64,000 bases of DNA from contig CAWCDG010000002.1 of assembly GCA_963794325.1 (NCBI GenBank), positions 128,001 through 192,000 of the forward strand, read 5' to 3'. Under the pieces are notes generated by a model, which made no database searches, had not been told where the DNA came from, and saw nothing but the letters and a program-made list of their open reading frames with translations. Positions 38,966 to 48,387 of this stretch are shown here, piece after piece. Position numbers and translations under genes: made by a program. Each line of letters begins with the position of its first letter. Position 1 is the stretch's first letter. The DNA comes from an uncultured delta proteobacterium (GTDB taxonomy: Bacteria; Desulfobacterota; Binatia; Binatales; Binataceae).

Positions 38966-40644
38966 TGGCGCGAATTCCCGCGCGCCGCATGCTCGGCTGG
39001 CGCTTGCGAGCGCTTCGCCGCCGCCTTGATATATTTCACGGTTACCGGCGACAGGTCGTCGCGTTCGACGCGCACGTCGATTATCGCGAACGATTTGCAG
39101 TCATGCGCCGCGCGGAGAGCGTCGCGCAACTGCTCGACGGTGGTCGCCTCGAATCCCTCGCCGCCCCAGTCGCGCGCGAGTTGCGCATACGGCCACGGCG
39201 GAATCTCGAGCAGCTCGCGCCGCTCGGCAATCGGCCGGAAGATACCCCATCCGCCGTTGTTGATCAGCACAACGATCGGATTGACGCCCTTGGCCGGCGC
39301 CTGCGAAATTTCCGGGCCGGTCATCTGGAAGCCGCCGTCACCGCACATCACGAGCGGACGAAGTCCACTGCCGATTTGTGCGCCGAGCGCCGCGGGCACC
39401 GCAAATCCCATCGACGCGTAGAATCCCTGCGCGAAGTAGCCGTTGTTGTGCGGCACCCGGATGTCGAGCCCGCCGAACAGCATATCGCCGGACTCGGTGA
39501 CCACAATGTAGTCGCGCTTGTCGGCCAGGAATTCGTTGACGACGGAGAGGATCTGGCTGACCTTGACCGGCTTGCCGTTGCGCGCGGCAATCTCGCGAAG
39601 ATTGTCGGCGTAATGAACCTTCTCGTGATGCATCCGGATTTTCTCGCGCAGCAGCGCCCGCGTGAAATGACGCACTCCGACGTCGGTGTAGGTGTGATAC
39701 TTCACGTCGACCTTGCGATCGACCGCCCACACCGTTTTTTCCTGAATCACGTGCGGCGGACGGTTGCCGAAATTCATGTCGGTCCGGAGACATCCGAGGT
39801 TGAGCACGAAATCAGCCTCGTCCATCCGCGCGACGATCGACGGCGGACTGATCGGGCCGACATGCACGCCCATGTACAGCGGATGGTCCATCGGGAACGC
39901 GCCCTTGCCGAGCACAGTCGTGAACACCGGCGCGCCCATCTTCTCGGCCAGCTCGAGGAGATCGTGCGAGGCCTTGAAGCGGTGGACCTCGATGCCGGCG
40001 ATCAGCACCGGCTTGCGGGCCTGATTGAACATCGCGGCGGTCTCGTGCGCCGCTTCCTCGACCTTGCGCGCGTCGGATTCCTGAAAGTGTAGACGCCCGT
40101 CCCATTCGATCAGCTCCTCGGGGACTTCGATCTGCCGATCGACCATATCGCGATGAATCTCGATGTAGCCGGGCCGCTGCTCGGCCCAGATGCGCTTGAC
40201 GACGCGATGTAACTCGTCGGCGGCGCTGCCCGGATCAGTCAGCACGGCGCTCGCGCAAGTGACTTCATTATAGATGCGTCGCTGCGATTCGATCTCGCGG
40301 GCCTGGTGATGGATCAGCGTGCCGAGTTTGCGTTCCTCCTCGCCGGGGCCCCCTGAAAAGATCAGAATCGGCACGCGCTCCGAGAACGATCCCGCGACCG
40401 GATTCACCATGTTGTGGCCGCCGGCGCCGTAGGTGACGCAGATGACGCCGATTTTGCCGGTCGCGCGCGCGTAGCCGTCGGCGGCGAAGCCGACCCCCGG
40501 CTCATGCGACAGGGTAATGATCTCGAGCCCGTGCTTGCGGCCCAGCGCGAAAAACAGCTTGAGCGCGAGGTCCCCGGGGATGCCGAAAACATGCGACACC
40601 CCAATCTTGCGCAGATAGGCGACCAGAAAATCGCCCAGCGCCAT
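38962..40644 (-). CDS. TPP-dependent 2-oxo-acid decarboxylase (indolepyruvate/phenylpyruvate decarboxylase-like)
   Basis: FGIPGD, HEPGVGFAADG, LIHH, GDGGFQMTG...NN. Confidence 0.9.
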   Translation of the reverse strand: MALGDFLVAYLRKIGVSHVFGIPGDLALKLFFALGRKHGLEIITLSHEPGVGFAADGYARATGKIGVICVTYGAGGHNMVNPVAGSFSERVPILIFSGGPGEEERKLGTLIHHQAREIESQRRIYNEVTCASAVLTDPGSAADELHRVVKRIWAEQRPGYIEIHRDMVDRQIEVPEELIEWDGRLHFQESDARKVEEAAHETAAMFNQARKPVLIAGIEVHRFKASHDLLELAEKMGAPVFTTVLGKGAFPMDHPLYMGVHVGPISPPSIVARMDEADFVLNLGCLRTDMNFGNRPPHVIQEKTVWAVDRKVDVKYHTYTDVGVRHFTRALLREKIRMHHEKVHYADNLREIAARNGKPVKVSQILSVVNEFLADKRDYIVVTESGDMLFGGLDIRVPHNNGYFAQGFYASMGFAVPAALGAQIGSGLRPLVMCGDGGFQMTGPEISQAPAKGVNPIVVLINNGGWGIFRPIAERRELLEIPPWPYAQLARDWGGEGFEATTVEQLRDALRAAHDCKSFAIIDVRVERDDLSPVTVKYIKAAAKRSQAPAEHAARGNSRQ

Positions 40645-40761
40645 GTGCCTCTTCACTCCGCGTCGCCCTCCTCGGCCTGTGCTAATTGTAACAAAAATGC
40701 ATTCGCCGCAGGACATCTTCGACGGCTGGTTGTGCTAGAGTATAATTCGACGGGAAAAGAG

Positions 40762-41076
40762 ATGTTTTCGAAGATACTTCGCATGCAATTCCTGGGGCCG
40801 ATGCAACTGAGCCGGCTCGTGATGTATCTGCCGCAGTTCGTCCGCTTGTTTTATCGGCTGTGGACTGACGCGCGCGTGCCGATGCTGGCGAAAGCCGTGC
40901 CCTGGATGGGCCTGGCGCTGATGATCACGCCGCCGGCGCTCGAGCTCGACATGATTCCAATAATCGGCGAGCTCGACTGGATTGTCATCGCCTATCTCTC
41001 GCTCAAAGTGTTCATCTGGCTCTGCCCGCCCGACGTGGTACGCGAACACGTCATCCAAATCGGGCGTGGCGAATAG
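40762..41076 (+). CDS. YkvA/DUF1232-like small membrane protein
   Basis: RLWTDARVP..AK, DMIPIIGELD; TATAAT at 40741 upstream. Confidence 0.75.
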   Translation: MFSKILRMQFLGPMQLSRLVMYLPQFVRLFYRLWTDARVPMLAKAVPWMGLALMITPPALELDMIPIIGELDWIVIAYLSLKVFIWLCPPDVVREHVIQIGRGE

Positions 41077-41088
41077 CACATCACGCTG

Positions 41089-43848
41089 ATGCGGCCCCGC
41101 AATATCCTGATCGTCATCGCGGCGGTCGCAATCGTCTCGCTGCTGGCGCTGAGCTTCCTCGATCAGTTGCTGGTCGATTACCTGTGGTACGGCGGGCTCG
41201 GCTTTGCCGGCGTTTTCAGTACAACAGTCGGCGCGGAAATCGCGATCTTCCTGGTGGTATGGCTGGTCGCGTTCGCCGCAATCTTTATCAGCGGACTGAT
41301 TGCGATCGGCTCGAGCCGCAATCACGAGCGGCTGCGCGTCGTGCGCCGTCCCGACGAGATGGTCGAGGTCAATCTGCCCGAGCTGATTCGCGCGCTGGGC
41401 GAACGCGTGCCGTGGCGCGTGATCGTTGCGGGCGGCGCCGCGGTGCTCGCGCTGTTCGCGGCGCAGGGCGAGGCCGCGAGCTGGGACACTTACCTGAAGG
41501 GCTTCTACGGCGTGCCGTTTGGAATCACCGAGCAAGCCTTCGGCAACGATATCGGTTTTTACATATTCACCGTGCCGCTGCTCGAGGAGCTGCGCGATCT
41601 GTTCCTGATGCTGATAGTGCTCTCGGCCGGAATGGCAATCGCGGTCTATTGGGCGCGCGGTGCGCTCGACTTCAAGGAATCGCCGCCGCGGGTTTCGCCG
41701 GGCGCGGCGGGCCATCTGTCGGTGCTGCTCGGATTGTTCTTCATCCAGCGCGCGATGAATTACTGGCTCGGCCGTTTCGACCTGCTGCTGCATACCGACG
41801 GCGTCGTGTTCGGACTGCGTTACGTCGATCGAATCCTGTGGCAGCCCGGGCTGTGGCTCCTCGTATTTCTGTCGCTCGCCGCCGCCGTGATGTGCATCTA
41901 CAACGCGCGCGAGGGCGGGCTGCGGATTCCAGTCGCCGCGTTCGTTATCGTGTTCGGCCCCGCGCTCATCATGAATTTTATTCAGCCGGTGATCGAGCGG
42001 CTGTGGGTCAAGCCCGACGAGCTGCGGGTCGAGAAGCCCTACCTCGAGCGCAATATCGAGGCGACGCGCCATGCGTACAAGCTCGACACAGTTGACGTGA
42101 AAGCGTTCGCGGGGCAGGGCACCCTCACGCCCGCGGCGCTCGAGCAGGATGAAGCGACGGTCAAGAATATCCGGCTGTGGGACCCGCGCCCGCTGATCGA
42201 CACCTACCGCCAGTTGCAGGAAATCCGCACCTACTACGATTTTCGCGACGTCGATATCGATCGCTACTGGATCGAGGGCAAGTACACCGAAGTGATGCTC
42301 TCGCCGCGCGAGATGAATATCGACGCGCTGCCCGACACCGCGCAGACCTGGGTCAATCAGCATCTCAAGTTCACCCACGGAACGGGCCTCGCGATGAGCC
42401 CGGTCAACAGAAAGGACACGGAGGGGCTGCCGGTTTTCTTCGTGAAGAATATCCCGCCGGCATCGGACGTGGGCATTAAGGTTGACCAGCCGGCGCTCTA
42501 TTTTGGCGAGGAGCGCGACAATTACGCCGTGGTCGATTCGGCGACCCCCGAATTCGACTACCCGAAGGGCGCCGACAACGTCTTTTCGTACTACGCGGGA
42601 TCGGGCGGCGTGCCAGTCTCGGGACTTCTGCGACGGCTGCTTTTCAGCATCTATTTCAAGGACATCAACTTGCTCGTCACCGAGAATATCGTGGACAAGA
42701 GCAAAATCATGATTCGTCGCAACATCGCGGACCGAATCGCGTATATCGCGCCGTTCCTGAGTCGCGACCACGATCCATACTCGGTGGTGCTCAATGGACG
42801 CATGGTGTGGATCGTTGACTGCTACACCATCAGCGATCACTACCCCTACTCGCAACGCAACGTCGACGGGATCAACTACATCCGCAATTCGGTCAAGGTC
42901 GTAATCGATGCGTACACCGGCGAGACGGACTTTTACGTATCGGATCCCGAGGACCCGATAATCAAAACGTGGCAGCGGATTTTTCCCGCGATGTTCAAGC
43001 CGATGAGTGCGATGCCGGCCGGGCTGCGCGCGCACATCCGCTACCCGGAAGATTTTTTCATCGTGCAGGCCGACACTTTCCGCACCTATCACATGACCGA
43101 TCCGCAGGTCTTCTATAACCGCGAAGATTTGTGGGGAGTTCCGCGCGAAAACTACGCGGGGCAGACGGTGCCGATGCAGCCCTACTATGTAATCATGCGG
43201 CTGCCGGGCGAGACGCAGGCGGAATACATGCTGATGCTGCCGATGACGCCGTCGGGACGCGACAACATGATCGCGTGGATGGCCGCGCGATGCGACGGCG
43301 CCGATTACGGTCATCTGTTCGAGTATTCGTTTTCGAAGGACAAACTTTTCTACGGCCCCTATCAAATCCAGGCGCGCATCAATCAGAATCCCGAAATCTC
43401 GCGGCAACTCTCGCTGTGGAACCAGATGGGTTCGAAGGTCCTGCTCGGCAACCTGCTCGTGATTCCTATTCAGGACTCGCTGCTCTACGTCGAGCCGTTG
43501 TTTATTCGCGCCGAGAACGGCCAGTTGCCTGAGTTGCAGCGAGTGGTCGCGTCATACAGCGACCGCGTCGTGATGGGCGATACGCTCGACCTCACGTTGG
43601 CAGCGCTATTTGAGAATCAAGCTCCGCCGGCGCCAACCATCGCCAAGACGACCGCGACCCAGGCAATGCCCCAATCGATCGCGCAGGGCCCGAGCGTCGG
43701 CGCCGGAAAGGCGGACATGACAAGCGCCGCGCAACACTACAATCGCGCGATGGACGCAATCCGCGCCGGCGACTGGACCGCTTTCGGCACCGAGATGAAA
43801 GCGCTGGGCGACGAACTGTCGAAGCCATCGGATTCCGCACATCCGTGA
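41089..43848 (+). CDS. UPF0182 family membrane protein
   Basis: NIRLWD, WVNQHLKFTHG, NYIRNSVK, HIRYPED, GNLLVIP..LLYVEP. Confidence 0.93.
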   Translation: MRPRNILIVIAAVAIVSLLALSFLDQLLVDYLWYGGLGFAGVFSTTVGAEIAIFLVVWLVAFAAIFISGLIAIGSSRNHERLRVVRRPDEMVEVNLPELIRALGERVPWRVIVAGGAAVLALFAAQGEAASWDTYLKGFYGVPFGITEQAFGNDIGFYIFTVPLLEELRDLFLMLIVLSAGMAIAVYWARGALDFKESPPRVSPGAAGHLSVLLGLFFIQRAMNYWLGRFDLLLHTDGVVFGLRYVDRILWQPGLWLLVFLSLAAAVMCIYNAREGGLRIPVAAFVIVFGPALIMNFIQPVIERLWVKPDELRVEKPYLERNIEATRHAYKLDTVDVKAFAGQGTLTPAALEQDEATVKNIRLWDPRPLIDTYRQLQEIRTYYDFRDVDIDRYWIEGKYTEVMLSPREMNIDALPDTAQTWVNQHLKFTHGTGLAMSPVNRKDTEGLPVFFVKNIPPASDVGIKVDQPALYFGEERDNYAVVDSATPEFDYPKGADNVFSYYAGSGGVPVSGLLRRLLFSIYFKDINLLVTENIVDKSKIMIRRNIADRIAYIAPFLSRDHDPYSVVLNGRMVWIVDCYTISDHYPYSQRNVDGINYIRNSVKVVIDAYTGETDFYVSDPEDPIIKTWQRIFPAMFKPMSAMPAGLRAHIRYPEDFFIVQADTFRTYHMTDPQVFYNREDLWGVPRENYAGQTVPMQPYYVIMRLPGETQAEYMLMLPMTPSGRDNMIAWMAARCDGADYGHLFEYSFSKDKLFYGPYQIQARINQNPEISRQLSLWNQMGSKVLLGNLLVIPIQDSLLYVEPLFIRAENGQLPELQRVVASYSDRVVMGDTLDLTLAALFENQAPPAPTIAKTTATQAMPQSIAQGPSVGAGKADMTSAAQHYNRAMDAIRAGDWTAFGTEMKALGDELSKPSDSAHP

Positions 43849-44090
43849 CGGAATCGTGCGCGGTTAACTCGATCAGAATTTCGAAGTGGTAAATTCTGAC
43901 TTGACTCTTCCGCGGTAGCCCTACTAGTAGTCGGATTTGAGCCAGAGCCGTTTTCTGCGCGTTCTGCTGCGCCCCTTCGGTGTTGGTTGGCGGTTTGGGG
44001 GCGGTTTGGGGACCGCAGCGCTTTCGACATAACTCCGTTGCACGCTTGGGTTCGCCGTCGTTCGCGAGCCTTCGCGCTGGAGGAATTCCT

Positions 44091-45773
44091 ATGTACGCAA
44101 CTATCGCTCGCTTCAGACGCACCATTTTCGCTTTCGGTGGGTCTCCGTTTCATCTGATGCTCGCGCTCATCTGCACATGCGCGATAGCTGTGGGCGGCGC
44201 CGGGTCCGTCGCCAGCGCCGGTGTTTTGTATGACGCGGCCACGCACTCGCAGAAGCACCGTCACCACCACAGCAACGACTCCAAAAACAAGACGCCCGCG
44301 ATCGTAACCGAAGGCGGGCCGCTCAAGGGCTTCATCAACGGGAACATCACCGAGTTCCTGGGAATCCCGTACGCAGCACCGCCGGTCGGCGCACTGCGCT
44401 GGACTCCGCCGCAGAGTTACGGCAGATGGCATGGCGTGCTCGACGCGTCGTCGTTCGGCAACGTATGCACTCAGGGTGGCGGCGGCAGCGAAGACTGTCT
44501 GTTCCTGAATATCTACGTGCCTAACTTCAAGAAGAACGGCAATAAGCATGGCGGTGCGATGCCTGTGATGTTCTGGATTCACGGCGGCGGGCTGGTCAGC
44601 GGCGCCGGCTCCGACTATGACCCGACTCCGCTGGTCAATCAGGGCGTGATCGTCGTGACGATCAACTACCGCCTCGGCTACCTGGGCTTCTTCGCGCAGA
44701 CCGCGCTCGACACGGAAGGTCATGACGCGGGGAACTACGGTCTGATGGATCAGCAGTTCGCGATGGGGTGGGTGCAGAGAAATATCGGGCAGTTCGGCGG
44801 CGATCCGAGCAACGTTACGATTTTCGGCGAGTCCGCCGGCGGACATAGCGTGTACTGCAACCTGGCCTCGCCGACGGCGGCGGGTCTGTTCGCGCATGCG
44901 ATTTCAGAAAGCGGCTCCTATCTTATGTTCGATAATTTTATAACATCGATCGTGACGCTGCCGGTGGGAGAGACGACCGGCAGCGGCCTGGTCCCCGGGG
45001 GCGATTCAGTCGCAAGCGGGTTCGGATGCACTACCGCAGCCTGCCTGCGCGGGGTTTCCAACACCGCATTGGTCGGCGCCCAACCAGGCACCTTGTACGC
45101 TTTCGTTGATGGCACGCTGCTTACAATGACGCCCCTCGACGCGTTTGCGACCGGGAATTTCAACCAGGTACCGGTGATGGCAGGAACCAATCACGACGAA
45201 TGGCGCATCTTCGTCGCCGAGGAATATGACGCGGTGGGCAATCCAATTCTGACCGAGCCTGAATATGATGCGGCCACGATCGCGCTTTGGGGGCCGCTGC
45301 TCGGGCCGATCATTCCCTTTTTGTATCCATATGTGCCGCCCGGCGGCCAGGTACTTGGCGCTTCTGGCACGGACGGGATATTCGCTTGCTCGGCGCGCAA
45401 TGGCGATGCACTGCTCTCGAATTTCACCAACACGTACGCGTATGAATTCAACGACGAAAACGCGCCGCCGCAGCCGCCGCCTGCGGGCCTGAGCTTCCCG
45501 TTGGGTGCATACCACGGCTCCGAAATTCAGTACCTCTTCGACACCGGGTACTTCTTCGAGTTCACTGCCCCTCAACAGCAACTGTCGGCTGCGATGGTCA
45601 GTTACTGGACGAATTTCGCGGCGACCGGCGATCCCAACGGCGGCACTTTGCCGGCGTGGTCGCTCTACAATCCGACGAGTGACGTGTTCCAATCACTGAT
45701 TCCGCCGACTCCGACCACTGAATCCACGTTCAACACCGACCATCTGTGCGACGGGTTCTGGAACCTGATCTGA
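44091..45773 (+). CDS. Secreted type-B carboxylesterase
   Basis: GGAGG RBS; FLGIPYA, SEDCLFLN, WIHGGG, GESAGG, catalytic H in AYHGSE. Confidence 0.93.
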   Translation: MYATIARFRRTIFAFGGSPFHLMLALICTCAIAVGGAGSVASAGVLYDAATHSQKHRHHHSNDSKNKTPAIVTEGGPLKGFINGNITEFLGIPYAAPPVGALRWTPPQSYGRWHGVLDASSFGNVCTQGGGGSEDCLFLNIYVPNFKKNGNKHGGAMPVMFWIHGGGLVSGAGSDYDPTPLVNQGVIVVTINYRLGYLGFFAQTALDTEGHDAGNYGLMDQQFAMGWVQRNIGQFGGDPSNVTIFGESAGGHSVYCNLASPTAAGLFAHAISESGSYLMFDNFITSIVTLPVGETTGSGLVPGGDSVASGFGCTTAACLRGVSNTALVGAQPGTLYAFVDGTLLTMTPLDAFATGNFNQVPVMAGTNHDEWRIFVAEEYDAVGNPILTEPEYDAATIALWGPLLGPIIPFLYPYVPPGGQVLGASGTDGIFACSARNGDALLSNFTNTYAYEFNDENAPPQPPPAGLSFPLGAYHGSEIQYLFDTGYFFEFTAPQQQLSAAMVSYWTNFAATGDPNGGTLPAWSLYNPTSDVFQSLIPPTPTTESTFNTDHLCDGFWNLI

Positions 45774-45790
45774 GCTGAATCTGCTGCCGT

Positions 45791-45868
45791 GGGGGGACGT
45801 TAGCGTCCCCCAACACAAAGTGGTTCTCTGCGTGACCCGATGCGCGTTGCATCGGGTCGCGCTCCTTT
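45791..45868 (+). terminator. Two hairpins downstream of the carboxylesterase, possible terminator
   Basis: GGGGGACG/CGTCCCCC and GACCCGATGC/GCATCGGGTC; weak T-tract. Confidence 0.4.
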
Positions 45869-45912
45869 AGGACTCGAGGGTTCCTCTGTCATTCTCATGG
45901 CAGAGGGATGTT

Positions 45913-47583
45913 TTGAGACATGCGCTAAAGGTTAGCGATCAACTGCCGGTTGCCGCGCACCAATTATCTCTCGGCGATAGAATTTACGCTATCGTCGAGC
46001 TTGGTGTTGCTACGATCGCGGCTGAGCGATGCGCGGTCGCGTTTCAATCGACTGGCGTGAGCACCGACCAGGTGGTGCGCGCGCCGCGAGGAGATTCGCG
46101 ATGGGACGCGGCGGTGAACGCCGCGCTGGCAGCGCTCGAAAATCGCCTCATTGATGTGGGCGCGGCGCGCGGGGCGAAACCCGCGCGCGAGGTGCCGGGC
46201 TCAATTGAATCGATTGACCGGATCAAGTTGAGCGCGCGGGAAATCGCCGGCATCGCAAGTTCCGAAAAAATTGGCGAAGGACATCAGATAGCTGCGGCGG
46301 CATTCATCGACGGTGTGATTTCGGTGCGAATCGTCGTCGTGGCGCGCGTGGATCGCGGCCTCGGCGAACTGGAGGCTTCGCTTGGACTAATGGCACGCGC
46401 CGTTCTCGGCGAGTTTGCGTTAGCCTCCGCGCGCGCCGCGCTCGAGTTCTGGCGGACTCATGGCGCCGAGAACGGCCGGCAGTCGGTTGGCGCAAAGCGC
46501 GAGCTCGATAGAGAGCGGGCGGCGACGAACTATCTTGACGGGGCGGTCGCTAACGCGCGCCGCGCCGTGCCGGCCGATCGCTTCACTCGTTTCGGCGAAA
46601 TCGTCGCAAGCGGTTCCGGCTTCGATCAATGGATAGTCGCGGTTGCGGACGGCGATGATTTGACGCTGGCCGCGTCTTCTTCCGGCATCGCCCGAAACAT
46701 CGATCCAGCAGAGGCCAGCGCGCTCTCGGACAGTTTCCATCGCCACATTGTGATTGGCCACTGGCGCGATCGCGACGAAGTCCCCGCCGATCACCTCAAG
46801 CGATTTTTCGAGGATGAGATGTTTGGCGGCCCGTACGTGAGTATCCCGTTCGAGGGCGGCGCGATCGCGTTGGCCTCGCGCGATTCGCACGCATCGGCGG
46901 CGATGGCGGAGGCGATCGTCGAACGGCTGACGCCAATCGCGACCAGTTGGATGTTGGAGCGAGAGGCGGCGCGGCGGACGCGGCTGGTGCGCCAACTTGC
47001 GCTCCGAATGTTTTCCGCGGTCGACGAAGAGCGCTTGAGGATCGCCCGCGACCTGCACGACGATCAGGCGCAGTTGATTGCGGCGGTGAAGATCGCGCTC
47101 GAAGGCCCGCGCGAGGCGGCGCGCCCGATCTTCAAACAGGTCGAGGAGGAGTTGCGCCGCAAGACGCGCGAACTTCGTCCGGCCACGCTTGGTAACGGGT
47201 CGCTCGAAGAAGCAATCGAGCGCGAGTTCGAGCGGCTGAATCAGGCGGGCGTGAAGGCCAAGGTTCTTCATTCGGTCCACGGCGACAGTGTGGAGAAATT
47301 CTCGCGACCGGTGCAGCAACTGTGTTTTCAGGTCATTCGCGAGGCGCTGTCCAATGTGATTCGCCACGCACACGCGAAATCAGTCGAGGTCATGTTCGAA
47401 TGCATCGGCGGGACCGCGCGAGTCTCGGTAAGCGACGATGGGCGCGGAATCGGCAACGGCAACGGCGAGGGCACCGGCTTGACCGGCGTGCGCGAGCGGC
47501 TCGGGTTGATGGGTGGCAGATTGACCGTCGAATCGCGCGCGGGCCGAACGACGGTCGTCGCGGAAATTCCGGAGTCGGCGTGA
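45913..47583 (+). CDS. Cytoplasmic sensor histidine kinase, HisKA_3 (NarX/DesK-type)
   Basis: ERLRIARDLHD, EALSNVIRHA, DDGRG, GLTGVRER; no clear TM segment. Confidence 0.88.
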   Translation: MRHALKVSDQLPVAAHQLSLGDRIYAIVELGVATIAAERCAVAFQSTGVSTDQVVRAPRGDSRWDAAVNAALAALENRLIDVGAARGAKPAREVPGSIESIDRIKLSAREIAGIASSEKIGEGHQIAAAAFIDGVISVRIVVVARVDRGLGELEASLGLMARAVLGEFALASARAALEFWRTHGAENGRQSVGAKRELDRERAATNYLDGAVANARRAVPADRFTRFGEIVASGSGFDQWIVAVADGDDLTLAASSSGIARNIDPAEASALSDSFHRHIVIGHWRDRDEVPADHLKRFFEDEMFGGPYVSIPFEGGAIALASRDSHASAAMAEAIVERLTPIATSWMLEREAARRTRLVRQLALRMFSAVDEERLRIARDLHDDQAQLIAAVKIALEGPREAARPIFKQVEEELRRKTRELRPATLGNGSLEEAIEREFERLNQAGVKAKVLHSVHGDSVEKFSRPVQQLCFQVIREALSNVIRHAHAKSVEVMFECIGGTARVSVSDDGRGIGNGNGEGTGLTGVRERLGLMGGRLTVESRAGRTTVVAEIPESA

Positions 47584-48239
47584 TGGAAGATCACGGACGC
47601 ATTCGCGTGCTGCTCGCCGATGATCATCGGATCCTGCGCGACGCTCTGCGGTCGGTGCTGGCGACCGAGTGCGAGGTCGTCGGAGAGGCGTCGGATGGCG
47701 AACAGGCCGTCGCGATTGCCGCGCGCCTGAAACCGCAGGTCGTGGTGATGGACGTCGGGATGCCGGGAATCGGCGGCCTGGCCGCTGCGCGCCGAATCGT
47801 CAAAGAAACGCCGGCCTGCAAAGTGCTCATGCTAAGTCAGTACGACGACGAAGAATACGTGCTCGAGGCACTCGGCGAGGCGGGCGCCTCTGGCTATGTG
47901 GTTAAGACCGATGCGGCCACCGAGTTGCTGAGCGCGGTGCGAGCGGTCCATTCAGGGCGGCAATACCTGAGCCCGACCATCGCGCCGATCGTGCTCGCGC
48001 GCCTGCGCAACGGCGGGTCTGCGAAGGCGTCGCGCGCAACGACTCCAACCCGGCGCGAGCGCGAGGTGCTCAAGCTGATAGGCGAGGGCGCGACCACCAA
48101 GGAGGTCGCGAACCGGCTCGGCATCAGCGTGAAGACCGCCCAGGTGCATCGCGACAACCTCAAGCAGAAGCTCGAGCTGCGCTCGACCGCGGCAATAGTG
48201 CGCTACGCGATCAAGCATAAGATGATTCGCGTCGACTGA
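47583..48239 (+). CDS. NarL/LuxR-family response regulator
   Basis: LADDH, MDVGMPG, REREVLKL.GEG.T.KE.A..L; TGATG coupling to the kinase. Confidence 0.93.
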   Translation: MEDHGRIRVLLADDHRILRDALRSVLATECEVVGEASDGEQAVAIAARLKPQVVVMDVGMPGIGGLAAARRIVKETPACKVLMLSQYDDEEYVLEALGEAGASGYVVKTDAATELLSAVRAVHSGRQYLSPTIAPIVLARLRNGGSAKASRATTPTRREREVLKLIGEGATTKEVANRLGISVKTAQVHRDNLKQKLELRSTAAIVRYAIKHKMIRVD

Positions 48240-48253
48240 GGGAAGCTTTCCGG

Positions 48254-48293
48254 TCCCCCTTCCCACGATGGGAAGGGGTTAGGGGTTAGGTTC
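48254..48293. repeat. Family-E palindromic repeat
   Basis: TCCCCTTCCCACGATGGGAAGGGGTTAGGGGTTAGGTT. Confidence 0.8.
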
Positions 48294-48387
48294 CCAGCAT
48301 GAATCTGTTCTCCGCGTGACGAAAACTCCACTTTTTGACTTGGTAAATATGACATTTTGATGCTGACTACTGCGATAGTCTGTGCCG

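Noticed and set aside
37708-43407. Long antisense ORFs (794 aa at 37708-40092 and 890 aa at 40735-43407)
   Set aside because: Shadow frames of recognisable GC-rich genes on the opposite strand; no motifs of their own
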